From: Albugo candida
Lineage: Eukaryota
DNA: 64,000 nt
Direction: 5' to 3'
Assembly (NCBI GenBank): GCA_040437565.1
Contig: JBDOQK010000087.1
Span: 1-64,000 of the forward strand
Position numbers and translations under genes: made by a program. Below the pieces are notes generated by a model, which saw nothing but the letters and a program-made list of their open reading frames with translations, was not told the origin of the DNA and did not search any database. The first letter of the stretch is position 1. The number at the start of each line of letters is the position of its first letter. Below are positions 48,988 to 61,229 of the stretch, piece by piece.

Positions 48988-50013
48988 TACTTTGGGTGTG
49001 ACACAAAAATTTGCGAATTTCGAATGTCTTGATATTTAGCCAATCGGTTTTATAGTCGAATGATTGTAAAGGAATAGAATTCCAGACTTTCTTCGCGAAA
49101 AAACAAATATTAACTGGAAAATGAGAAAAGTAGCACTTTCGATTGTCTTATTCGATCACACATCAATGGGTTACTGTTGTAGTCACAAAAAAGCCTATCG
49201 CAAATCCCATTGATGCGACTATCGTGACAGTATATTTACAAACCCGATTGGAGGCACTGATGCAGCTTCACGCTGGGTGGAAGCAACACGCAGCAGGATA
49301 GAGAGTTGGAACAAATATATACAATGAGGGTGATGAAGAAATTGATAGACTGATGCTGTTGAGACCATATATGCCAAGCGTGCTACAACATGTGGCATTG
49401 AGATGGTGAAGATCATACTTTAACGTGTACTCTTCCAAGATAAACTCTGAAAAAAAGAAAGGAACGGATACTGTCATCGAAACGGGCTGCACTGATCGTT
49501 GACGCTCAGAACAGTGAGATATAGCGCAGATGCATCGATCTTGTTTTGTTGCAAAAAGCATCTTCTTCTGCGCCTTCCCCGCTCTAAGAACTGGCGTCTT
49601 CATCATATGGTCAAGTCCTCACGCTTGCCATCACGTCTCCACTATCTTGCCGTTCTTCGAGCCTAGCTCACTTGGGTCCTTACCTTTCCACTTCCGGATC
49701 CAAGAGAACATCTTCCTGGCTTTTTAGTATTCAATAATGCAGGACTCTTCTCTTATCCGCATGCACTTGACGAGGCAAGATCATAAGATCAACACACTCT
49801 ACACGCAAGTCTGAATAGAGCCACAATGGCCCTACAGAAACGCCACGAAATGTGACATAAATGGGCAATACATAGCCTGTCACTGTCCATAGTTCTCACG
49901 TCAGCGGTGTCTATTGCTTCGATTTGTCCCATTTGTGTCACCGACAATCTCAGCCAATCACACTATTATGAACCAAAATTCTATACAGACGAAGCACTGA
50001 TACTGTTATCGTC

Positions 50014-51795
50014 ATGAAGCGTGGTAATCAGAAAAAAGCACAAAATGACAGAAAAGAGAATAAATATGAGGCATCAAACAAGCACAAGTATGCTGATAAA
50101 GCTATGGAAGAACTCGTCGCCACATCCACACGATTGGATCATGACAATTATAACTTTTTTCGGACCGCCAGGGCGCAAACCGAATTAGACGATTCATTGT
50201 TATTTCATGAGCAGCCACGTCAACTTCTCTTCCTCGTTTTGGTCGTTTTGGTGATTTCATATTACACGTTCACGCATGACAGTGATGTAGGCCCTTCATA
50301 CTGCTGGATTTAATTTGATCATGCGCTTTACATGAGCTTGTAGGATGTGTCTCAAAATATTCATGCAGGAATTATATCGGGTGCGTTCATTTTCCTGGTT
50401 TACTGTTTCTTGCAGACGCGAGACGGACTTCTTGTAAGTTGATATTCATCATAATGCGGTCGGTGTTGATTCGAGCGTGTGCTGTTCAGGTTCGTCCACA
50501 TCCGGGACTTTGGCGATTGGTACACGGCTGCTCAGTAATGTACTTGCTCCTTCTGGCTGTGCTGTCGGTACAAGGACGATCGAGTGCACCAGTACTGCTG
50601 CAATTTTTGTTCCCTCGGATTGGTAGCTCCAAGCAGACAAACTCTGTGAATTTGAATTGCGAGATCAACTCTACTGTTCGTTAGTGCATGGTAATTGACA
50701 CTACTTGCTGACAAGGAATGTTTGTAGAACATCTACAACGGCATTTCGAGTATTTGGTTCTTTGCACATGTTACGGGATGGTGGGGGAAAATGTGTATGT
50801 TTCGTGACTGGCGATTTTGCTTGGTGCTGAGCATATCTTTCGAAATCTTGGAGTTATCGTTGCAATTCATGATTCCCGATTTCAAAGAATGCTGGTAGAC
50901 GCTCTTTATCGTTCGATGTCTTATCTTTTCACAAATGTCTTAGGTGGGACTCCTTATTTATGGACACATTTGGTGCCAATTTGCTCGGAATGGTGTTGGG
51001 CCGTTTAACGCTCCAGTATTACGAGTCGAAAGAGTACGATTGGTCTGGGAAACGGGAAAGAAAGAAGGGCTATTTTTTCTTAATTTTGAAACAATTTACA
51101 CCGCTCAGCTGGTCGCAATATCACTGGGAAGTGTTCTCCAGCTTTCGCCGCTTCTTGCAGGTGAATTGTATCGAAGGCTCTTTTCTTTCATCCGCTGATG
51201 TGTTTTCTATTCCAGATTATATTTGCACTCGCGATGTGTCTGATGGTGGAGTTAAACGCATTCATTCTTTTAGAAACCTTCCACATTCCGAAAGAAAGCA
51301 AATTCAACTCGATGCGCTTAGTGTTAATGTTTTTATGTGGAATTCCGGCAGCGGCAGAGGTAAAAAAAAGCATTTTATCGTCTACAATTCCTACCTGACT
51401 ATGATCTGCAGTACTATGAGTTTCTATCGAATCCGAAATGCTGGCGTTTGGGTCAAAACGCATGGATGATTCTATCCATCGCAGTCTTTGAAAATCTCGT
51501 GTGTGTAAAGTTCGCATCGAGTGAAACTCTATTCAGAAACAGCCCACCGCCAGCAGTATCTTACTCTATACTCGCGTTTCTGGTTATGTTTATCATTTGG
51601 GTGGTGCTCTTTTTCAAAATTCCACGTGGAGCGGTATACGTATCGCACGATGCAACATTACGAATCAGCAAACGTGTGCGTGCCAAAGGACATTCTAAAC
51701 AAATGTCCGAAGTGTCGCAATGGGAAGCGCTAGATATTTTATTTTGGATATCCTTTACACCATTACTACTGCTCACAACGCAATGGGCGTACTGA
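50014..51795 (+). CDS. Phosphatidylserine synthase (base-exchange, PTDSS-type), multi-exon
   Basis: VRPHPGLWR, FAHVTGWWGK, PDFKECW/WD..MDTFGAN, KQFTPLSW, ELNAF and LGQNAW motifs spread over GT-AG-bounded exons. Confidence 0.9.
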
Positions 51796-52255
51796 ACTCA
51801 CCAGTTTGTCACTTCCGCGCAAAGTACGGTAAGTTCTTAATCCGATTACTTTAAACGCACTGATCTAATGACTGAATAGTCAGTACTTCGTGACTGAGTC
51901 CAGCACCTGTTAAAACACATTCAAAACCAGATGATTTGATCGTCGGACACAGATGTTTCGTATAGAGTTTAGAGCCTACAATATTCAGATAGTTTCTCTG
52001 CGTATAGCTTCCGACTCTTGCCTAGCCCTGGGTCATCCGTGCATAGATTCGAACGGGTAGGGGACTAGGAGCTCCAGTTGGAATTGTATGCAGAAATTCC
52101 ATAGCTTACAAATTCATATATGTCTCGCCCATCTCACTTTTTCTTATCACTTCGCCGACCAGTTTAAAATCAGAGTGGGAATAACTTTTGTTCTCTTCAT
52201 TTATTCCATTTGTCATTTCAGACACAAACGCTTTGAATACCACATTTGATTAAAT

Positions 52256-55200
52256 ATGTCCCAACCAACGCACTACCGCGAAAGTTCGCGACGTCGCGCG
52301 AGCTCCAATTACTTTGAATTGGATGCTGATCGCAGACGTACGAAATCGGGACGTAAAGATCGTCTGAGTCATCGAGTGATGAGTCTGGAAGCAGCTGAAA
52401 CCATCCCCGGAGATAAATTCAGCACTGCCCCGCAAAATATCGTCAATTCAACTGCTGTCTTGGATNNNNNNNNNNNNNNNNNNNNNNNNNNNNNNNNNNN
52501 NNNNNNNNNNNNNNNNNNNNNNNNNNNNNNNNNNNNNNNNNNNNNNNNNNNNNNNNNNNNNNNNNCTCCAATTACTTTGAATTGGATGCTGATCGCAGAC
52601 GTACGAAATCGGGACGTAAAGATCGTCTGAGTCATCGAGTGATGAGTCTGGAAGCAGCTGAAACCATCCCCGGAGATAAATTCAGCACTGCCCCGCAAAA
52701 TATCGTCAATTCAACTGCTGTCTTGGATGATGATGAAATCTCTATCGATTATTGCTGTGACTTTCTATACGCGAAATTCGGGTTCCAAGAAGGCTCTGTC
52801 GCCAATCAGCGCGAGCATGTGCTATTACTTCTTGCGAATGGCAAAGCCCGTCACCACCCATCACAACCTTCTCATCACCACATAACACAACTGCACGCAA
52901 AATTAGTTTCCAACTATAAAAGTTGGTGCGAATTCCTAAAAACGAATCCCATTCATTACCAGGGAGTTATCAGTGGGAATTTACGGCATCCCTTACATAT
53001 GGAAATCATGTTGTTTTTCCTCATTTGGGGTGAAAGTAGTAACTTGCGTCACATGCCTGAATGTATATGTTACATATTCCATCAGCTTATGAAGCATCTA
53101 AATCAAGACATTCAAGGACAAGACGGGAAGAAGGAAGGCTGGTTTCTTGAAAATGTCGTTCAGCCGATCTGGGAGGAATGCAGCAATATGAAGCGACGAA
53201 ATCATCTCAATAAACCGCTGGAACATGTCAAAGTACGAAATTATGACGATATTAACGAGTATTTTTGGAAGCCATATTGTCTGAAAATAGAGGTCACGCA
53301 AGTGGGTCACGAACTTGCACAAAAACATGGAAAGACATTTTATGAACATCGAAGCATTTTCACGCTTATCCTCAACTACTATCGAATCTTCCAAGCCAAT
53401 ATTTTATTTCTCACCATTTTAGTTGTTTTAGCATTTGCAGTTTCCATTTCACCGAATGGCGGCCGAAGTGGATTTTCACAATTTCAAGCTTTGGGCAAAA
53501 CCATCGAACCGTTTGAAAAACGTGATTTGAAAATTGGATTTGTTGTTCTTCCATTTGTGATGTCACTTCTCGGAATTTGTAAATGTGTGTTGGAATTCGC
53601 CCATTCATTTCATATTATCTTCTCTTCCGAGTCATCACTGACCTCATCACGATCTTGGCCGTACACTTTGGCACTTGCTGCACGTACATTGTGGCACACG
53701 GGCTTTATGGCGTTATTCGCGTTCATGATTTATATCCCACTACGCGATCAGAGCGACACAACGTTGCTGCAGAATGCGTATGCAGTTATGGCTGTCTATA
53801 TCATCCCCGGGGTCGCCATCCTTGCTGCTCAAACGTTTTATCCGAATCTGATTCGAAAGACATTTGCACTCAAGTTTGTTCGTGAAGGTTCCTCGTCGTA
53901 TGTCGGTCGAGAAATGGCTCCACCATGGAAGTATAAAGTTCAATACGTTCTGTTTTGGATTGTCCTTTGGATCTGTAAGAGTGTTGTCTCGTACACGATT
54001 TTGGTGAGGCCATTGATGCTTCCTTCGTTGGCTGTGTACGAGATGAGATTGACATATCAATCATCCGTGGCCTCGTTCCACAATATCTTGGTTTTGGTAT
54101 CGTATTGGGCGCCAACTGTGTTGATTTTTAACTACGACACACAGATTTATTTCACCATTCTTCAGTCGATTATTGGAGGGTACATGGGCTGGCGGATGAA
54201 GACGGGCGAAATCAGAGGATCGAAAGAATTGACACGAGCTTTTCGTGTGGCACCTCAGCTGTTTGATCAGAAAATTGTGACGAATTTAGCACGCTCCAGC
54301 GATTTGGCTCAATCACTTAATCCCAAAGACAGTAAGACATCCGTAAATGCCGCTACATACGAAAGTCAAATGATGCTGAGATTTGTGGTCGTATGGAATG
54401 AAATTGTCAATTCGTTCCGTGAAGGCGATTTACTTGACGATAAAGAAGCCGCTATTCTCCAATACGATATTCGAAGCAATGGAGAAGTGTTTGAACCCGT
54501 CTTCCTGTCCGCTGGAAAATTAGGAGAAGCTATCACGAAAACAATTCGCAATAGTAAAGATGGAAAAAGCGAGTCACAATTACAAGTGAGTTTGGTGGAA
54601 GGCGATTGCGTCTCAGCAATTAAAAGTTTTTTCACAGCTTGTATGTATGTGATGGAAGCTCTATTCGGAATGGAAGATGGAAATGTCATTGATGGTCTCC
54701 GAATGATGGAAGAAGTTGTGGAGAATCGAGCGTCCATGCGCTCCTTCCAGTTTCAAGAACTCGCTCGCTTACGTCTAGCAGCGTTAGACATTTTGGAAGA
54801 AATTCTCGACTTACCGGACCCAAGCACAGTCTCTGCGCATTTGCCAGACACTTTTATCCACACACTTGGGATCATTCGAAACTTTGTCAATAAAATGGAA
54901 GTACTGTTAAATTCTCTGCAGGCTTTTTCAGAAGCCCCGGAATTAAAGGGAAAATTTGTCAATACCAAGTTTTGCTCCAGTCCAAATGGATACATGTACG
55001 CCGCACAAGGTCTCGTAAATCTGTATCGAAGCGATGTAGCAATGGGTGCCGCTACTCGAGCGTGTTTACTACTGTCGTTGGACCGATCGGAAGCAATGCC
55101 GAGATGCATGGAAGCTCAGCGTCGTTTAGGATTCTTTATGCGCTCACTGGTGATGGAAATCCCTCAATTGAATGCGATTAAAGAGATGCGATCGTTTTCC

Positions 55201-58200
55201 GTTGTCACTCCGTTTTACGCCGAAACAGTTCTTTTTTCGCTAAAGGAATTAAATGATCCGCTGGTGAACCATCCGATTTTCCAAAAGGTCGAAGAAGGTG
55301 GGAAGAATTTGACTATTCTCAAGTATTTGAACAAGATCCATCCCGAAGAATGGGAGAATTTTCTGGAGCGTGTGGACGTTGCGAGCGCTGAGGAAGCACA
55401 AGAGCGATACCCACAAGAGATTCGATTATGGGCTTCGTATCGTGGTCAAACTCTGGCTCGTACGGTGCAAGGTATGATGCTGTACGAAGACGCTATTAAA
55501 ATCCTTCACTGGCTGGAAATCGGGTCGAATTCAGCGCGTACAGCGGAAGAGAAGCAAACACAATTACAGGATATGGTTCGTCTCAAGTTTTCGTACATTT
55601 GTGCGTGTCAAGTGTACGGGAAACATCGACGGGAAAACAAGCAACAAGCCGATGATATCGATTATCTCTTGCAAGAGTATCCGAATCTCCGTGTCGCCTA
55701 CGTCGATACGATCGAATCAGGCGAGAATCAGTACATGTACGACACCGTGTTGATCAAAAGCGAGCAGAATGAGATCGTCGAAGTGTATCGATATCAACTA
55801 CCCGGCGATCCGATTATCGGCGAAGGAAAACCTGAGAATCAGAACAATGCAATGCAATTCACACGCGGGGAATTCGTGCAGACGATCGATATGAATCAGC
55901 AACACTACTTTGAAGAGTGTTTGAAAATGCCCCAGTTACTTCGAACAGCCGAATTGCATTCATCTGGAAAACCTGTTTCTATCATCGGAATGCGAGAGCA
56001 TATTTTCACTGGAAATGCTTCATCATTAGCCAAGTTCAAAACGTGGCAAGAGCTCGTGTTTGTGACGCTATCACAGCGAGTTTTGGCTGACCCGCTTTAC
56101 GTTCGAATGCATTATGGCCATCCAGATATCTTTGACAAGGTATTGGCACTCACACGAGGTGGTGTATCGAAATCAAGCAAAGGGATCAATTTATCGGAAG
56201 ATGTATTCGCTGGATTTAATGCTACATTGCGTGGAGGCGTCGTGACGCATGTGGAGTTTATGCAATGCGGTAAAGGACGTGATGTCGCTCTATCTCAGAT
56301 CTCTATGTTTGAAGGCAAGTTGGCGAATGGAGCCGGTGAGACTTCTTTGGCGCGTGAGGCTCATCGCATGGGTCAATTTATGGATTTTTTCCGGCTCAAT
56401 TCGATGTATTACTCGCATACGGGCTTCTTCTTTGCGACTTGGATGACTGTGGTCACTACGTTTGTGTATATGTACTGCAAAGTTTACATCGCGTTAGTGG
56501 GTGTCCAAGATCAAATCATTTATAAAATGAACGAGACTTCGATTCTCTCACAGAATGAGCGGTACGGCATTCCAAGTCGCGCGTATTACGACACGAATGC
56601 GATTGTGAATACTCAGTATTACATCCAAGCCGGATTGTTTCTTTCACTTCCGCTCGTAGTTGTCTATTTTAGCGAAATGGGATTATATCGTGGTTTTTTC
56701 CGTCTCATTGAAATGGTGATCACGGGTGGGCCTTTTTTCTTCATTTTCCAAGTCGGAACTACGATGCATTACTTTGACAATAATTTGGTCCATGGAGAAG
56801 CACAATACAAAGCTACTGGTCGTGGGTTCAAAATCACAAGAGAGTTGTTTGTGTTACTGTACAAGGCGTACGCGAGCTCACATTATCGAAAAGCATTCGA
56901 ATTGACGGGATTGTGTTTGATCTATCTGACGTATGGAGACTTTAATATTTGCGGGCCGCCTCCGACTGCCGATGGCAATTCGTTCTCATTCGATTTTTGC
57001 ACCACTGCTCAGAGCTTTTGGGTGCAAACGTTTGCCATTTGGTTCATCGCAATCACGTGGTTTATCGCTCCATACATTTTCAATACCGATGGCTTGGATT
57101 TTCAGAAGACGAAAGCCGATATTCAAGCGTGGGCAACCTGGATGTACGCTGATGAGAAGTATGAAGATGAAGATTCCACAATGAATGGAGGATGGATTGG
57201 CTGGTGGAAAAGTGAGCTTAAACTGTTTCACAACTCGAAACCGATCGCTCGTTTGACAATTGTTCTCCGCGAAAGTCGTCATTTTGTACTGATGTGGTAT
57301 GTGGTGACGCTAAAGTGGGATTTACTGACCATTGCGTATGTGCTTGGCGCTGGTGTGCTATCCGTTCTGCTTCTCAATGTGATGTGTCTATTACGACTGG
57401 CGTTCCGACGGTGTCGTCCGATCCCACGCGCTTTGATTTACGTCACAACAGTTTGTCTTGCGATTGCAGCATACTTTGCCATTACCAAATATCTTTTCAG
57501 TACGGATTTCCAGGAAGCTGCGTCTTTATTTTACGGCTATATCGCCGTGCTGTATGGGATCAATGAGATGGCTCGTATGTACAGCTTTCAGTCGACTTCT
57601 ATCGCAAACACCACCATTTTCCAGGAATTAGCCTTCTTTTTCGACTTTATGATTTGTTTCATTATGATCGTCCCGCTATTCATCATGTCTGGAATTCCGT
57701 TTCTGAATATCGTGCAAACGCGGATGATGTACAACAAAGGCTTTTCACAAATTGTTTCAGCGTCTTCTCAGTATGCGTTCTCCTTGGCGGCATTTCTCGG
57801 TGTTGTTGGTGGAAGTGGCTGTGGATGGATCCTTTATGTGATGTCAGTTCTGGAAAGCAGTCCAGGCTTCATCAGCTACGCGACGAATTATGATCTCTTG
57901 GACAATAAAGCTGGAGATGGGACAACGACCTACTATTTCTATTTTGCAGCTGTTATGGCTGCTGTCTTGGGCGGATTTTTCAACTTTTTCTTTGGAAGAA
58001 GACTAACGGTTGTTTGTGGGGGGATGTTATCTGCCCTTGCGATGGTATTGATCAGCGCGGTGACCACGCAAGGAGAGAGTTTGTTGTTCCCTGGAACAGC
58101 GTTATTGGGTGCTTCGATTGGAATTCTACTTCCGAGTATTGCCATTTATATCTACGAAATATCGACACGGGAACTTCGAGCTAAATCGATGCTGTTACTC

Positions 58201-59235
58201 GGCACTGGTTTTATTATTGGCACTATGTTGGGCTCTATCTTTATGTCTCCCGAGCAAGAAATCGGCTGGATTTGGCAGCTGTTTATCGCCAATATTTTGC
58301 TGTCGGTGGTGACACCGGTTGTGTTTTTATTCCCTGAAAGTGCTTATTGGATTTACATGCGGGAAGGAGCGGATTCTTGTGAGCGATGTCTCACTGTTCT
58401 CCGACGTAAAGAAGGCGTTCAGGACGAATTACAGCTTATTCGCGAAGAATCGACTTCAGCAAACAAAAGTACCGGCAATATTTTCAAGTTTGGGCTTGGT
58501 CTGTGCCTGATGATCGTCTCTAGTCTCGCAAATGGAGCGTTAGTTATCTACCTGACAACAGCTTTGGCTACCTCTGGCTCTTCCGCATCAAATTTCACCA
58601 ACTGCGTGATTCTGCAGCTTGTGGGTGCTCTACTTTCCTTCTTTGTTATCGATCGAGTGGATTTACGTCGAGTTTTGCTGGGAACACTTCTACCCATCAC
58701 GTTCTTTGTGGCGATGTTGGGCTTTAATGCCAACACAAACACTTGGACAGGCGATGCGAATAACGTATTTCTACAGCTGGTTGGATGTTTACTATACTTT
58801 TTCCTCGGGCTTGGAACGTCGACGGCATTGTGGGCATCTGCAGTTGGCTTATTCCCGACCAAACAGCGAGCTTTGTACACAACCTTTTACTTTATGATCT
58901 TTTTCCTCATTCCCATCGTGGCGCTGTACATCCGCTCCTCGCCGTCTTTGTATCGATCAGCAGAATATGTGTATTTGTACACATTGGCTGGCGTGTGTAT
59001 CCTTTCGACCATCTTTTTATTCGTGGCCGGGCACTTATCGAATGGTCTCATTGGCACCCGGCAAGAGCAGGAAGTCGAGGAAGCTCAAGTCCGACGTGCC
59101 CGGGCTTCACGTCAGAGCTCAAGACTGACACCTGGCGGACGTATGCGTCATATAAATCGATCACGTGATAAGTCGTACAACAGCAGCGGGTACCAGTTGT
59201 ACGAGTCACCGGCCGCTGGAGGCCGTCTTCCCTAA
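52256..59235 (+). CDS. 1,3-beta-glucan/callose synthase (GT48, FKS-type) fused to a C-terminal MFS sugar-porter domain, about 2238 aa
   Basis: FGFQEGSVANQREH, IWGESSNLRHMPEC, RLWASYRGQTLART, GEGKPENQN, QTIDMNQ, RMHYGHPD, INLSEDVFAG and YKATGRGF. The same ORF continues from about 57770 to 59040 with GRR, YIYEIS..LRA, FPESAYW, IDRVDLR and LFPTKQRA motifs. The true ATG is 52256; 52303-52465 is repeated at 52566-52728 across the gap. Confidence 0.95.
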
Positions 59236-59296
59236 GAAAATTCTAATAAATCAAATGTGAGTGGTATTTCTATGCATTAGAGCCGTTTTTATGCAT

Positions 59297-61039
59297 CTAA
59301 ACAAACGTCGCAAAATCCAAAATCTGATCAAATTGCTGCTCGGATTCCTGACGGATTTTCAAATTCCAATGTCGTTTTGTGTTGTGATGCAAACTCTCAG
59401 ATAGTAGTGCGTAAATGTCACGCCGCGTGCTTACGAATCGGTACAGCACAAACTGAGATTTTGAGAATGCCAATGCTTCCAAAGCGGTCTCCACATGCAT
59501 ACTTTTCATACATTCGGCTACGCGAGCAAACAGCTGGAAGATGAGATCTCTGCGAGCTATTTTAATTCCATTCGTCGAGCTTAACAGCTGTATACTCGTC
59601 ATCATTAAGCGTGCAATCATCTGAATCGCAACGACTTGCATGGATGGAAACTGAGTGGGCCAACGGTGGAGGAGTTGGCTGAGGAAGTAAGTCGTAGCGG
59701 CTGGAACGTGGGCAACGAGTTGACTCGCACATGTGAGTAATTCCGCTTCATCTGTTGCAGTCGGGTCCATCCAGTGAGTTTTCCACAGATTTAAGAATGT
59801 GCGGATGCAATTTCTTGCAACCACAGTCAAATGTTGCTCCCGATTTTTGCTGAATTGCTCGGTAGAATGATTTTCAATTCCGTGCTCAATCATGTACCTT
59901 AGTAACTCGAGCATTCCATGACCGTGATCGAAAGGATACTCTTTTGACATCGATTCACTGCTTGTACAGCTTTCTAACTCGAAATCGAATTTGTTTGCAT
60001 CGATCGCCTGGACATACTGTAGACGTAATGCGCTACTCTCTGCAAGTGCGATGGCAATGTGACGACGTAAATTCACATTACAGTGTTTATGAATGGCACG
60101 TAAAATATCGAGTCGAGGGCTCGCCAGTCGATAATCTTCAAACCGTAGAGCACTGACAAGAGTTTGTATCAAACGCTCGGAAATAAAGTGTTCGATCACA
60201 TTCGGCTTCTTCACATCGCTTGTCTCAGAAATGTGAGGAAGTAGCCATTGGACAAGGCTTTGTCGTATACTTGCTTCCGTCGATTCTTGATCTGTATCGG
60301 TCCCTGTATTCTCACTGTCGTCCAAAATAGCCGATGCTTGCCCACGCGAGCTCTTGGTGCCTGCTAGACCAACTGCACCTGCGCTGAGCTTGCTACGTGA
60401 TTTCTTGGCGAACAGCGTATCATAAATTGTATCAATTACGACCTCACGATCCCCATGTTTAGGGACATGCTTTTGAACACTCAGCAGTGAGAAGCGAGTA
60501 GGAAAAGCGCTAGAACTTTTTTCCTGGGCAGCAAAAGGCTTTGGGAAGAGTTCATCATCACGAGTTGTAGGAGCGTTATCTCGCTTGCCAATTTTACATT
60601 CCCCTGAAATGATTCTTTGCTTCGATCTGTTCGTTATTGACGTTCGATCATTACGCGGGACTGGTTGTGGCCTTCGACTCGTCAACATTTGCTGATTTCT
60701 TGTGAATGAACGAGGCTTTTCTTCCTTGGGCTTTGGCTTTTCTTTCAGCGTTTTTGATTTTGAAAATCCTTTTGTTCCGATTCGTTTTGTTTGCGAGGAA
60801 TCACATTGCTTTGTTGAGCTTAGTCGCTGATTGTACTGCCTTGGAGGTGGAATTTGTGATGGTTTTCGTCGATCCTGAGCTAGAGTGAGATGTCGGAGCA
60901 TCCCGTCAACCGGATTGTCTTCATCGGTATCTTCGGTACAGTCCGTATGGTGGCGATGATGACGAGAATGTGTATGCTTCCCCGAAGTCGCTGACTTTTT
61001 GCGGTTCTGCAAACGGATTCGCGAATTTCGCACACTCAT
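59297..61039 (-). CDS. Divergent PP2A B56 (B')-like protein with a long basic low-complexity N-terminus; start uncertain
   Basis: C-terminal half recalls B56: EDYR..ILRAIH, HGMLELL, LLHRWP, LFARVAECMKSMHVETALEAL and NTKRHWN. Confidence 0.7.
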   Translation of the reverse strand: MSVRNSRIRLQNRKKSATSGKHTHSRHHRHHTDCTEDTDEDNPVDGMLRHLTLAQDRRKPSQIPPPRQYNQRLSSTKQCDSSQTKRIGTKGFSKSKTLKEKPKPKEEKPRSFTRNQQMLTSRRPQPVPRNDRTSITNRSKQRIISGECKIGKRDNAPTTRDDELFPKPFAAQEKSSSAFPTRFSLLSVQKHVPKHGDREVVIDTIYDTLFAKKSRSKLSAGAVGLAGTKSSRGQASAILDDSENTGTDTDQESTEASIRQSLVQWLLPHISETSDVKKPNVIEHFISERLIQTLVSALRFEDYRLASPRLDILRAIHKHCNVNLRRHIAIALAESSALRLQYVQAIDANKFDFELESCTSSESMSKEYPFDHGHGMLELLRYMIEHGIENHSTEQFSKNREQHLTVVARNCIRTFLNLWKTHWMDPTATDEAELLTCASQLVAHVPAATTYFLSQLLHRWPTQFPSMQVVAIQMIARLMMTSIQLLSSTNGIKIARRDLIFQLFARVAECMKSMHVETALEALAFSKSQFVLYRFVSTRRDIYALLSESLHHNTKRHWNLKIRQESEQQFDQILDFATFV

Positions 61040-61229
61040 TTCATTATGGGCACATAAAGTACCGTTTAATTCATTGGATGACACGTCAAATTTGTCGTCA
61101 AGTTGCGACCGAAATACCAAGTCTTTTGTATTGACAAGAGACTCCGAAATGTATTATTAAGGTCGAGTGTCCTATAAGCAAAGCAATCCGAGCGCTTTTA
61201 GAACATTGTTCCGATATATTTTGGATTTC

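Noticed and set aside
49200-49800. Small gene between the SYLF and PSS genes
   Set aside because: Short ORFs on both strands without a recognisable motif or coherent exon chain.
52582-59235. Numerous 60-130 aa antisense or alternate-frame ORFs inside long genes
   Set aside because: Expected shadow ORFs with no independent motifs or expression signals.
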